From Enoplolaimus lenunculus (taxonomy: Eukaryota), in the NCBI GenBank assembly GCA_030248215.1, contig JASANG010001128.1:186001-250000 (forward strand): a DNA stretch of 64,000 nucleotides, written 5' to 3'. Every line of letters starts with the position of its first letter. Position 1 is the stretch's first letter. The notes under the pieces are model-generated. The model was not told the origin of the DNA, did no database searches, and was given only the letters and a program-made list of their open reading frames with translations. Positions 25,801 to 37,322 of this stretch are shown piece after piece. The position numbers and the translations under genes are program-made.

Positions 25801-28800
25801 GCGTCCAAATTTTGTGTTTCAGGTGGTCACAACAAACTAACGATTATACTCGAAGATTGGGCCAATAACAGAATTGCGATGCACTACGCCTATTTTAATA
25901 TCTCAGAACCAAACAGTGGCTTCCGTGTGGATGTTGACACATTTTTTGGCCCCAAAGAATACTATGACCATATGAGCCCTTTGAGAGGTAGACGCTTTCA
26001 AACACCAGATCATTATGGACACGGTGATGATTTTCAATGTGGGTTAAATACTAAGGTTAGTTTGAATTCAAAATGACGTCTAATAAAATTAAAATATGCC
26101 AGACATCCATGCAGATGTGTCGATATCACGTCAACATGACGAGGATGTATACATGTTTTGAAATTATCCACGGGACATTAAAGTATTTGTTGCTTGAACA
26201 ACAAATGTGTTTTACAATCGAGTAAACTGTTTTTAGAAGTCAAAAAATATTCTTGCTGCTATATTCAAGTAGACCGTCCGCATCCGGAATGAGAGATGCT
26301 GGCTACGACCCGACCACTTTCTCACTGTGGTCCAAGTAAAGATCAGGGGTGGAACGTTTTTTCTGTATGACCGCAATAGAGTAAGTTTAAGCTTTAGACA
26401 TTTTTTTTGCTTAGGCTTACACTTAGACTTAGGTTTAGGCTTAAGCTTAGGCTTAGGCTTAGACTTAGGCTTAAGACTAAGCTTAGGCTTAGGCTTAGGT
26501 ATAAGCTCATCGTTGCGCTTAGGCTTAGACTTATGCTTAGGTATAAGCTCATTGTTTAGCTTAAGCTTAGGCTTAGGTATAAGCTCATTGTTTAGCTTAA
26601 GCTTAGGCTTAGGCTTAGGTATAAGCTCATTGTTTAGCTTAGGCTTAGGCTTAGGTATAAGCTCATTGTTTAGCTTAGGCTTAGGCTTAGGTATAAGCTC
26701 ATTGTTTAGCTTAAGTTTAGGCTTTAGGCTTTAGGAATACGCTTATATTACTGTTACGGCCATGTTCCATTCATTGGCCCTTACTATTAAGCAACCTTGA
26801 GTTTTACGCGGAAAAGATTTCAAAAGTAGTTTGTTTGGTTCCACAAATTACTAGTCATTATTTTGGCTTAGTTTGCCAAAAAAAGAAACTTTTTTGACCT
26901 TTGATTTCGATCCGACGTCGCTCCAATGTATTGCTGGCGTAAGAGTGATAAAATGTTGCCGATTTAATACTCATTACGCTCGAGGCCAATGTATAGAACA
27001 AAGGCGGAACACCGAAGTATAAGCATATTCCCAAGCATAATCCTAAGCGTAACAGTGAGCGTATACCTAAGTCTAAGCCTAAACCTAAAAATTGTCTAAA
27101 ACTTAACTTTTATTTCGGGACAAACAGAAAAACGTTCCGCCGCTGATCGTTACACCGGTCTACTATTTAACCGTTCAGTTGGAAATGCAAAAATTTTTGA
27201 TGGTTCGTGTACGCGATAATTAATTGTGAAATAACCTGACGAGTGAACCAAACAAGAACCTAAACGAAATGTTAGTACTAAATCTTAATGCTAAATTTTG
27301 GTTTTGATCGCTGAAGCACCGGACATGTCCTGGATGAGGGCGCGTTGGCTTGGATCCGCCATTAGTTCCATTCATGAAAACTGAAAATCATATACTGAAA
27401 CGTGTGTAGCATCTATTCTGGGGTTGCATGCAACCTGGGCGCATCTACGACTGCTCATTTGGCTCTCTGGCAATAAATTTGGACGGCACCAAATCAGTTA
27501 TTTGACCATATCCCGTTAATCAGCAGACTGTTCGTGGCAGAGTTAACACCGTTCCTGCGTTGAATGACTGTAAATTTGAAAATTTTGGAAAAACTTTTTG
27601 TGCACCCACCTTCTTCAAAAACAAATTTTTTGAAAAGCATTAATGGTTAATATGAAGTGACCATCGTAGGTGTTGAGAAGTTCAAATATACCCAAATCTT
27701 CGAAATCAAGCTTATTTTTAAGAGATAATTGTTAGTCCTACGTTTTACAATTGGTTCGGGTTACACATACAAATATATGTCTGTCAGGTTGCAACCGGAA
27801 TTACAATTTACCGGAACCGGAAGATGAAAAAATGCCGAACCGGAACCGGAATTCCGGTTGCACCCTGAGGCTGTTCAATTTAACCGCGGACGCCACAGAG
27901 GCTCGCAGAAACTATGTTTGGACAAATTCATTTGCTAACTACCACGTCCACTCATGGTGTCGCATCTGATGAAAGCCTACGCACCGTTCGAACCGTCCGT
28001 AAGTTGTCTCAACTTGCAGAAAAAAAAATAAATATGTAAATTTCGGTCAATGGAAATAAATTACACAGGTTACAACTCTTTTTTTATTCTTTCGCGACCA
28101 TACTGGTCATAAAAATTGAAAAAATTTGAAAAAAGAAAACTTTTCTAGAAATATAATTTGATATTTTTGAAAACCTCGTGTTAATCTGAACACGAATATA
28201 TCAAACTTTTTCAAAACTGATTTTCACTACTTGTGTTTTGTCTGCTAAAGGCACATGTCTCGAGCGTATTCGACTATGTTATCTTGTAAAGTTTATGCGA
28301 ACTAATTTGGGCATAATAGTCTACGCGAAACAACGTTTAACGGATGCTATAGTGTTTATGACAAATATTCTTACCGTTTATGGATAAGGCAAACCAATGG
28401 TAACGTGGGACTGAAAAACGCCGAAACTACCTCAACACAGTCGCTCTGGTTAGGATTAATATTTTTCGCAGAATAAGCAAACGAACCAGAGAAATCCATA
28501 GGTCGATCGGCCAATGTAAATAACAGGGCCCGGAACAGTAGTATAAGCACATTCCTAAGCCTAAGTCTAAGCCTACGCGTAAGAATGAGCATATTCCTCA
28601 GCCTAAGCCTAAGCCTAAGCCTAATCCTAAGCGTAAGAATAAGATTATTCCTAAGCCTAAGCCTAAGCCTAGGCGTAAGCCTAAGCCATGCAAAAAATAG
28701 TCTAAAGCTTAAGCTTTTACTCTAGTGCAGTCCCACAGACAAACATTCCGCCGCTGACCTTTACATGGTCCGGTCGACCGATAGTATTTATAAAAATAAA

Positions 28801-30366
28801 CAAACTGGTGAACAATGAGACTAAAATTAAATTCGTTAATTTCTTATTTTGAAATTTGATAACCCGGTAAAAGTTTAATTTTTAACACATTTTGCGGTAT
28901 AAATATTATCCAAAATATTTTCATTCGTAATCTTAGTTTGATTTTATGAAATTGATTTTTCACCACTTTTCTAAATTCAGCTTTCGGTCAAATAACGAAA
29001 TTGTTTCAAAATCGACTGTAATTATTTGGTTAATATCAGGCTTGAACGCAACGGGGAATCGGCAGACTGTTCCCCAGATACGATCTGCGTCTATCCGTAA
29101 CTGTATTCTAAAAATAACTGGTATAAGTTATTTAGTTAAAATTAAATTCATATTTTGAAACTTGATATATTCTGTAAGCGTTTTACTTTTAGAACACTAC
29201 GGCTCATGTAAAGATCAGAGGCGGAACGTTTTTCTATGACAGTACAATAGAGTAAGCTTAAGCTTCAGACTAAGTTTTTTGCTTGGCTTAGTCTTAGGCT
29301 TTAGACTTAGGCTTAGGAATATGCTCATTCTTACGCTAAGGCTTAGGCTTAAAAATATGCTTATAATATTGTTCAACCCCTGTTCCTTACGTTGGTCAAC
29401 ACTTTTAAGGCAAATATTATACCAAAAATTCGTTTAAAACAATGGGACATATAGGATGGGCCCAAGTACGATCAGATACGCTATATGGTCTTCTAAGTAA
29501 CTTTTCAACGTTTAGTCTTCAGCATAAAACAGTACAAAACTGTCAAACGTTACTTGGCCGGGCTTGGCCCAGGTATTATCCGGATGTACTTTAAGATGCA
29601 AGTTATCATTTGAATTTGGTGAGGTATAATTAAACAGCTGTAAAATAGGGTTGAGGCTATAGTGCACCCCCTTGACGACACTAAGACTTAGGAACTGACT
29701 TGGGTTTCGGTTAAGGCTTTGACAAATGCTTCGGCTTTGATTTAGGATTGGACAAGCCTTTTCTAAACCTAAGAATCTGAGTAAGCCCAAGCTTGTATGG
29801 GTGAAGTAAGTCGGCAAGAGCCTGGAGCACTAATATGTCAAGTGTGAAAAGTTATATTTTAAGAAAAATAGTAGTCAGCCGGTTTTACGCAATGCGCAAA
29901 AGATAGCGAACCCACAACAATCTGAGTTGCAAATTTTCTTTGCACAGAACAATCACATTTCTGTTGTATAAAAATATTGTAAACAAAGCAATGCTGGAAA
30001 GTTGCGCAACATACACATTTGGACATTTCAGCTCTTTAATTGTATAGATTAGTACGGTTTATAAAATGTTAACGATATTTCCTTCAAATTTGCTGCAAAA
30101 ATACAAAAAAAAACAAACTTCGATGGTAAAAATAATTCTAAAATATTTTCAAATTCATTTTTTGTGGCGTTGCCGTGATTTTATGTTGCTTTCAGGCGGG
30201 TTGGTGGTACAGTTCTTGTACCGATGGACTATTGACCGGCCGTTACTATTTTCACGGATACTACAGGCCTCGTTGTTCGACTTGTGAAAACGGCATATTT
30301 TGGCGTTCGTTTCGAGGCGGAAGTTATTCGATGAAATATGTTACTATGGCTGTTTCTGTAAACTAA
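22869..30366 (+). CDS. Secreted stand-alone fibrinogen-related domain (FReD / fibrinogen C-terminal) protein, 5 exons, 259 aa
   Basis: Exons 22869-22995 (MYNFNILLAFVYLCAIVRPS..., signal-peptide-like), 24195-24327 (CDSLHKAGYRKSGAY...LCYMTRHYAGTVFLYR), 25022-25137 (FHGKQNFERNFTEYLNGFGEVSKDYWLGLDDLYRLT), 25823-26055 (KLTIILEDWANN...FQTPDH...C), 30196-30366 (AGWWYSSC...NGIFWRSFRGGSYSMKYVTMAVSVN*). Total 780 nt, GT-AG, phases match. GFG..YWLGL, LxIxLEDW and GWWYxxC are FReD hallmarks. Confidence 0.9.
23232..23458. mobile_element. Palindromic MITE (AGTCAAATTGACTCT...AGGCTTTTCCTGACTACACAAACTGAGTCAAA family); related copies at 44791-44997 and about 46995-47134
   Basis: Long internal inverted symmetry and CACTG-type ends; three copies in the window. 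Confidence 0.72.
23763..23986 (+). mobile_element. TTAGGC-bearing MITE with a perfect run of about 8 telomeric hexamers, adjoining an older decayed copy (about 23620-23762)
   Basis: GGCCCATGTATAGAACAGGGCCGGA...(GCTTAG)n...GGCCCTGTTCTATATATATTGGCC. Confidence 0.85.
24339..24724. mobile_element. Palindromic CACTGTAAA...TTTACAGTG MITE rich in GAGTTGA/TCAACTC (CMC/EnSpm-like by termini); related copies at about 17483-17728, 20877-21116 and 43231-43484
   Basis: Shared arm CAGTGAGTTGATTTTAACTCAGAATGAGTTGAATCACTCAGTCTGA occurs in both orientations. Confidence 0.7.
26329..26779 (+). mobile_element. TTAGGC-bearing MITE subfamily A with an internally expanded higher-order repeat
   Basis: Termini GGTCCAAGTAAAGATCAGGGGTGGAAC / CATTGGCC; about 6 copies of GGTATAAGCTCATTGTTTAGC interleaved with TTAGGC runs; flanks CTCACTGT / CTTACTAT. 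Confidence 0.85.
26983..27160 (-). mobile_element. TTAGGC-bearing MITE subfamily A
   Basis: GGCCAATGTATAGAACAAAGGCGGAAC...GCCTAA...GTTCCGCCGCTGATCGTTACACCGGTC. Confidence 0.7.
28509..28771 (-). mobile_element. TTAGGC-bearing MITE subfamily A
   Basis: Both TIRs present; flanks GGTCGATC / GGTCGACC (7/8). Confidence 0.88.
29201..29397 (+). mobile_element. TTAGGC-bearing MITE subfamily A
   Basis: Both TIRs present; flanks AACACTAC / AACACTTT. Confidence 0.8.
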
Positions 30367-31338
30367 TTTTTTAATACAACAAAATGCGCATCACGGCAAT
30401 TTGTCGGCCTGACAACTCGTCGACTGACAACTTGTAATCTGAAATCTCGTCAACCAGGGGCGTAGCCAACATTTTAGTACGGGAATGTCATGTGACAGAA
30501 AATTTGTTTTAACCTGTACCATTAAGAGTGCTATTCAAAAGCCTGTTAAACCCGACGTTTCAGGAGGGGATTTATTCCCTCTATCCCGCCGGTCACGCTT
30601 AAACCAAACACATCATGCCAAGTAGCTAGGATTTTGGTTTGGGCTGGGTCGCATCGATAACATAAGTATACATAGTATTTCTGGCCAATGTTACTTTCAG
30701 GAGCGTAACAGTTGTTTAAGCATATTCCTAAGCCTAAGCCTAAGTCTAAGTCTAAGCCTAACCAAGAAATGTAATCTAGAATCTAAACCTACTCTTTTAA
30801 TACATACCCAACAGAAACCTAAACGACCCTAAGACTAATACATCATTCACTTTATCTTGTGCCCGCTGTGTGGAAATGTGCAAATCCAATTTCCAACTAC
30901 GGTTTTTAAAAATCATAGTAGTTGAAAATTGAGAAACTCAAAATTGCCCGTGTGGTAATTTGAGTTATTTTAAAAAAACGTAAATGGAAATGGATTAAGT
31001 GTTTCGATTTCAATTTCCCACTACGGGTTTTCAAATTACGGCAATGGGATTGGCCAATTATTTGTATTATCAACAGAAATTAAATTGTCGAAGATGACGG
31101 AAAGGGCCGTGGCCCTTAACCCCCCCCCCCCGTGGCTACGCCCTTGTCTCGTGTAAACAAAAATTATACGATTTTGCTCGTAAAAATTACTTTTTCTGAT
31201 TGGGTGATGCATTTATTTCTAAGTTTAACCCTCATTTTGGCATAAAACAATTTTCAAAATTTCCGTCCCGTATCAAACTGAAAGCTACGTGTCGTCCGCT
31301 CACTGAAGATAAGCAGGTTTGAGAACCATGAGTAGGTT

Positions 31339-31890
31339 CGTTCATGTATGAAGATCAGGGGTGGCACATTTTTCTGAAGGACTGCAATAGAGTAAACTTA
31401 AGCTTTAGACTTCCTTCTTCGCTTAGGCTTATCGTTAGGCTTAGGCTTAGGTGTAAGATAATTGTTACGCTGGCCCATGTTACGTTAAGGGGCGTCCAGG
31501 TTTCTGGTGGGTCCATAAAAGAGTAGATTTGTATTCTGGATTACACTTTTTGCTTATGCTTTGGCTTAGGCTTTGGCTTAGTAACACAATTTTGCAACGC
31601 TAACGCTTAGGCTTAGGCTTAGTAACACATTTTTGCAACGCTTACGCTTAGGCTTACGCTTACGAATACGCTTAATCTACTGTTACGCCCCTTGAAGTAA
31701 GGTTGGCCCTTACGCTTACGAATACGCTTAATCTACTGTTACGCCCCTTGAAGTAAGGTTGGCCCTTACGCTTACGAATACGCTTAATCTACTGTTACGC
31801 CCCTTGAAGTAAGGTTGGCCCTTACGCTTAGGCTCAGGTTTAGGAATATGCTTATCTACTACTGTGACGGGCCTGTTCTTTACATTGGCC
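31339..31890 (+). mobile_element. Subfamily A TTAGGC MITE with a nested subfamily B copy (31472-31708) whose right end is triplicated (56-bp period)
   Basis: The inner copy is flanked by GTTACGCT / CTTACGCT. The sequence ...GAAGTAAGGTTGGCC ends at 31708, 31764 and 31820. The outer right TIR ends TTTACATTGGCC at 31890. Confidence 0.8.
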
Positions 31891-32822
31891 AGTAAAGTTG
31901 ATGAGTAGATGCTTCAAAATTTAATAAATAATAGCCATGTAACCAAATATTACTATGGATTGATTAATTTTTGCTTGCTTTTTTAATTTGCGTTTAAACT
32001 TAAAATTTAACACCTGACTACGTTTACATTTGATCAAATCTTGTTTGCCAAATTGCCAAAAATGCTTACACATCCTCGAAAATATTGTTACCATTTTGGC
32101 AAAGTTGTATTTTCCACTGCTTGTAGCACTTATCACCAGTTAGCAATAGGTTTTCAATCTGAATTCTGTGGTCAACTGCTAATCCAAAACTCTGTACACA
32201 GACACAGCGAATCGTATGCGAATAATCAGGTTCAGGTCAAAGTTCAACATTCGCTGGTTCAAAAGTGAACAAAACCAGTAGTCTCTATTAACTGGCGATA
32301 TGTGCTACACACATTTGAGAATACATTCAAAGGTGTTAACAATACCGGCTCATGTAAAGATCAGCGGCGGAACGTTTTTCTGCGGGACTGTAATAGAGTA
32401 AACTTACGCAAATTTTTTACTTAGTCTTGGACTTAGGCTTAGGAATATGGCTATACTATACTACGACCGTGATCTATACATTGGTCACAGAACCTGCAGG
32501 CCGCAGTTCAAAACCGCTTGCATGCAGCTGTATTCTTTGCTAAAACCTTGCAGAATATTTTGTTACCGACATAGAAACCTTGATTTAGAACTGAAAAATT
32601 CTAACTATAGAATGTGGTTGTGTATTAAAACAAACGTTAGCAACATTTCCGAACCCGAAACCTGATACATCTCTGTACACTATACGCCAACAAGTAGTGT
32701 TTACCTGAGCATTGAATTCGGTTTAGGCTATACCTAGAATTGATAAAACTAACGACGATGTATACCTCTGCCCAGGAAGCTAGATTCTCAGAAAGCCAGT
32801 CCTGTAGCTAGCTCAACCTAGT

Positions 32823-33030
32823 GGCCAATGTAAAGAACACAGGCGGAACAGTATTATAAGCATATTCCTAAGCCGAAGCCTAAGCTTAAGCCTAAGCGTA
32901 ACAATGATCATATTTGTAAACCTATACCTAAAGTCTAAGCCTAAGCCAAGCAAAAGATTAGTCAATAGCTTACGCTTACTGTATAGCAGACCCACAAGAA
33001 AACGTTCCGCCCGTGATCTGTACATGAGCC
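32823..33030 (-). mobile_element. TTAGGC-bearing MITE subfamily A
   Basis: Both TIRs present; flanks AACCTAGT / AACCTGGT (7/8). A shorter, internally deleted copy lies at about 32347-32486. Confidence 0.85.
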
Positions 33031-33589
33031 AACCTGGTGAAAGCGGAAAAACAGATTTAGGAGGGGCATGTATTGAAATAGCAGCTTTCAACCGGTGCTA
33101 AAACTTTTTCAGGTGAGGCGAAAATTGTTTTAAAAGGGCTAGGCTTCTTGAGTCAACTCCGGCTACGGAGCCGCAAGCGGTATAACCAGTGTAGGGCCAT
33201 GCGGGTAGCGTATGGCTTACTGCATTGGAAATAATTTTGAAAAAAGACTGTTAACCCTTTCTCGTCTTGCTAGGATTCGGACTCCAGTGACTGGAGTGGG
33301 AGGCGTATACCATCACCACTCAACTATAGGAGCTTGGCGCTCGAGGCCGAGGGGGTCTCACGACTGCGCTGAGTTGCCTACAAGCAACTCAATGTGAGAA
33401 GGGGTTTAAAATATGTTTAACAAAGACACAAATTTCGTTTTTAGAAACAAACTCTATATATTCGCATATTTGGACCCTCGTTCAAACGAAAATCATGACT
33501 GTATCCAACTCCAAAAATAATAATTCAAATTCCACTGCTCAATCGTGGATCATTTAATTGCTCATTGGGAGGCTTTGTTTACCTTTTTC

Positions 33590-33832
33590 GGCCTGTGTAA
33601 AGATCGGGGGCGGAACGTTTTTCTGTGGGACCAGAATAGAGTAAGCTTAAGCTTTAGACTAATTTTTGGCTTGGCTCACGCTTAGGCTTAGGGATGTGCT
33701 CAGTCTTACGCGTAGACTTTGGCTTAGGCTTAGGCTTGGGCTGAGGAATATGCTCATTCTTACGCGTAGGCTTAGACTTAGGCTTAGGAATGTGTTTATA
33801 ATACTGTTACGCCCCTGTTCTTTATATTGGTC
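33590..33832 (+). mobile_element. TTAGGC-bearing MITE subfamily A
   Basis: GGCCTGTGTAAAGATCGGGGGCGGAACG...CGCCCCTGTTCTTTATATTGGTC. Confidence 0.8.
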
Positions 33833-35171
33833 CCTATTACTAAAGCAGAATTGATTATGTTAGATTTGTACTAATATTTATTTAAATAGTAATCAGATTT
33901 TTCTCATCATTATGATTTAACGTTTTGTTTCATTATGGCAACGACGTTAAACCATGCAGGAAGTAAAATGGAAAGTCAGGTGCCGTAATTCTTGCAAAAA
34001 ATATTAAAGCGGCCTCTAGCGAATCCAGAGCGACTGAGACGAGTGGGCATACGCCCCACGTCATAAAACTTTTTTGTAGTAAAATGGCGTTTAATAACTT
34101 GCGCCAGGCCGCCCCTTAGTAGAAATTTCTGGATCCACCGCTGCCCACAAAAAAGTATTTCGGAATTTATTCAGAAAAGTATTTTCTGCGTCAAATCTGA
34201 AAAGTTTTTCTGATATTTAAGACAATTTTTCTAAAAATAACTTTAAAACGTTTATTTTTAGACTCATCTATTTCAAAATTTTTTTGAAAACTTTTCTGTA
34301 TAACAAAAATATATACTTGTCAAGTGCACCTTACTAATTATATTTCTTAAATGTAAGAAATTTTTTCTTAAATATCAGAAATATTATTTTGAGTGTGGAT
34401 TCGGCTGCTGTGTTTTTCAAAATGCAAGATTTGGTTACGTATAATCCGTAGAACCTACAGACCAAATATATTGTTTTATATTCAAGAAACAGTTTATGAA
34501 AGTTTACAGACATTTATGTCTTGAAGTAGACTTCTGATATGCTTATGTATAGCCTAAGTCGTAATTCAGCTCAATTTTGAATAAGACTAATCCAACGAGA
34601 AAATTCCACCTTATACTCAGATATATAAATGACGCATCTCTGCAGTATAAAAAATCAGAAAATCATTTCTCAAACACAAATAAGCTATTTCTTGAAAAGC
34701 TTTGCATTTTATAATTTGTAACAATGTCTTGAATATAAGACATTTATGTTTCGAGTTCCAAATTTCGACACAATTTTCGTTCGCAGGAGCAGTAGTGAAA
34801 CTAAGCGAAAAACCGGATCGGCTAAAATTTGCCAGCCTCCGGCTTCACAGCTTTGATACTTTTTATTTCCGGTTTACACTCTGGTCCGCGCAAAAGCTAT
34901 AACATCTTTGTTTTGTATGGGTTCAACCAGCTAAGCCTCTAAAGATACATTTATATTCCCAATTTGCCAGTTCTCGCGAACCAGATATGTAGGTTTTCAG
35001 GTTCGATATTTAAGTAAAAATATTTGCTAAAAACAGTACGTGTTATACCATATGAGCATAATCCCACAGGTTCTATTGAAATACCCAGTTCAGCTACAGA
35101 TGAGGACTCAGTAAAGTGTGGATCTTAAAAAAAGTACATTTTGATAATCCTAAACACTCCAAAAATGCCAG

Positions 35172-35373
35172 GGCCAATGTAACGAACAGGGACGGAACAG
35201 TATTATGAGCATATTCCTAAGCCTAAGCCTAAGCCTAAGTCTAAGCGTAAGCGTATGAGCTTATTCCAAAGCCTACGCCTAAGCCTAAGCCAAGCAAAAA
35301 ACAGTCTAAAGCTTAAGCTTACTCTATTGCAGTCCTACAGAAAAACGTTCCGCCCCTGATCTTTGCATGGTCC
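35172..35373 (-). mobile_element. TTAGGC-bearing MITE subfamily A
   Basis: GGCCAATGTAACGAACAGGGACGGAAC...(GCCTAA)n...GTTCCGCCCCTGATCTTTGCATGGTCC. Confidence 0.85.
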
Positions 35374-35844
35374 ACTGACACTAACGAGAAGTTTGTAAAA
35401 TGGGCAAACGGCCGGCCAGTCTAATTTGTGCTATTCCATTGAAGATATTTGCATAAAATTTATGAACTGAAAATATAACACATTGAAAATCTTGTTTGTG
35501 TTAATGGGGGTTACGCGACCTGCCAACGCCCACCTGTCCGGTAGCGTTTATACTAATGACGAACCACCATTTAGGGATCTAAGGCTTATTTTTAGACGAG
35601 CCGCTTGGGTACTGGGTATTTTAAGCTAAGGACTGTGTATGCTTCATGCCGTCGTGTGCTTGTAAAATGGGTTAATAGCAATCGGAACTGGAATCGGAAC
35701 TCGTTTTGAATCGGAATTCTAAAAGCTTTAGACAAGCTTAAGCTAATCACAAGGCCCATATGTCCGATGTCCATCAGTTTTCATTGTCGCTTTTAGTTTA
35801 ATGGAAAAATTCTCAGTTAGTATCTGTAAGTTTGTTTTCCAGTT

Positions 35845-37322
35845 CATAAGGATAAATCTATTCCTAAACTGACTAAAACTTAAGCTATTCTAAAATTATT
35901 TGAATTTTAAATTTAGCTTTTTAGTTTAATTAATAAAGATGAAACAATTTTTAACTGGATTAAAGCAAATATTTCGACGAAATTTGCTGCCGGAAAGTGT
36001 TCAACTTCTGTTGAAAATCAACTCCAGATTATAATGATAAATTTATTCCTAAATTCTCTACAATTTAAGCTTTCTAAAATTAAAATTTGAATCTTAAATT
36101 TAACTTTTTAGTTTAATTACTAGTAAAGATGAAACTATTTTTAACTGGATTAAAGCAAATATTTCGACGAAATTTGCTGCCGGAAAGTGTTCAACTTCTG
36201 TTGAAAATCAACTCCAGATTATAATGATAAATTTATTCCTAAATTCTCTACAATTTAAGCTTTCTAAAATTAAAATTTGAATCTTAAATTTAACTTTTTA
36301 GTTTAATTACTAGTAAAGATGAAACTATTTTTAACTGGATTAAAGCAAATATTTCGACGAAATTTGCTGCCGGAAAGTGTTCAACTTCTGTTGAAAATCA
36401 ACTCCAGATTATAATGATAAATTTATTCCTAAATTCTCTACAATTTAAGCTTTCTAAAATTAAAATTTGAATCTTAAATTTAACTTTTTAGTTTAATTAC
36501 TAGTAAAGATAAAACTATTTTTAACTGGATTAAAGCAAATATTTCGACGAAATTTGCTGCCGGAAAGTGTTCAACTTCTGTTGAAAATCAACTCCAGATT
36601 ATAATGATAAATTTATTTCTAAATTCTCTACAATTTAAGCTTTCTAAAATTAAAATTTGAATCTTAAATTTAACTTTTTAGTTTAATTACTAGTAAAGAT
36701 GAAACTATTTTTAACTGGATTAAAGCAAATATTTCGACGAAATTTGCTGCCGGAAAGTGTTCAACTTCTGTTGAAAATCAACTACAGATTATAATGATAA
36801 ATTTATTCCTAAATTCTCTACAATTTAAGCTTTCTAAAATTAAAATTTGAATCTTAAATTTAACTTTTTAGTTTAATTACTAGTAAAGATGAAACTATTT
36901 TTAACTGGATTAAAGCAAATATTTCGACGAAATTTGCTGCCGGAAAGTGTTCAACTTCTGTTGAAAATCAACTCCAGATTATAATGATAAATTTATTCCT
37001 AAATTCTCTACAATTTAAGCTTTCTAAAATTAAAATTTGAATCTTAAATTTAACTTTTTAGTTTAATTACTAGTAAAGATGAAACTATTTTTAACTGGAT
37101 TAAAGCAAATATTTCGACGAAATTTGCTGCCGGAAAGTGTTCAACTTCTGTTGAAAATCAACTCCAGATTATAATGATAAATTTATTCCTAAATTCTCTA
37201 CAATTTAAGCTTTCTAAAATTAAAATTTGAATCTTAAATTTAACTTTTTAGTTTAATTACTAGTAAAGATGAAACTATTTTTAACTGGATTAAAGCAAAT
37301 ATTTCGACGAAGTTTGCTGCCG
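35845..37322 (+). repeat. Near-perfect 190-bp tandem array, about 7.7 units; the last unit overlaps the start of the K2P-like gene
   Basis: The motif (ATG)AAACTATTTTTAACTGGATTAAAGC recurs at 35939, 36129, 36319, 36509 (ATA variant), 36699, 36889, 37079 and 37269. Units differ by only a few substitutions; the first partial unit is more diverged. Confidence 0.97.

Noticed and set aside
33262..33333. Second tRNA-like segment on the minus strand (TAGTTGAGTGG ... AGTCCGAATCC)
   Set aside because: The stems do not pair and the B box is degenerate; at best an old SINE fragment, too weak to call.
35845..37322. CRISPR-like array
   Set aside because: The units are identical throughout with no unique spacers, the context is eukaryotic, and there are no cas genes.
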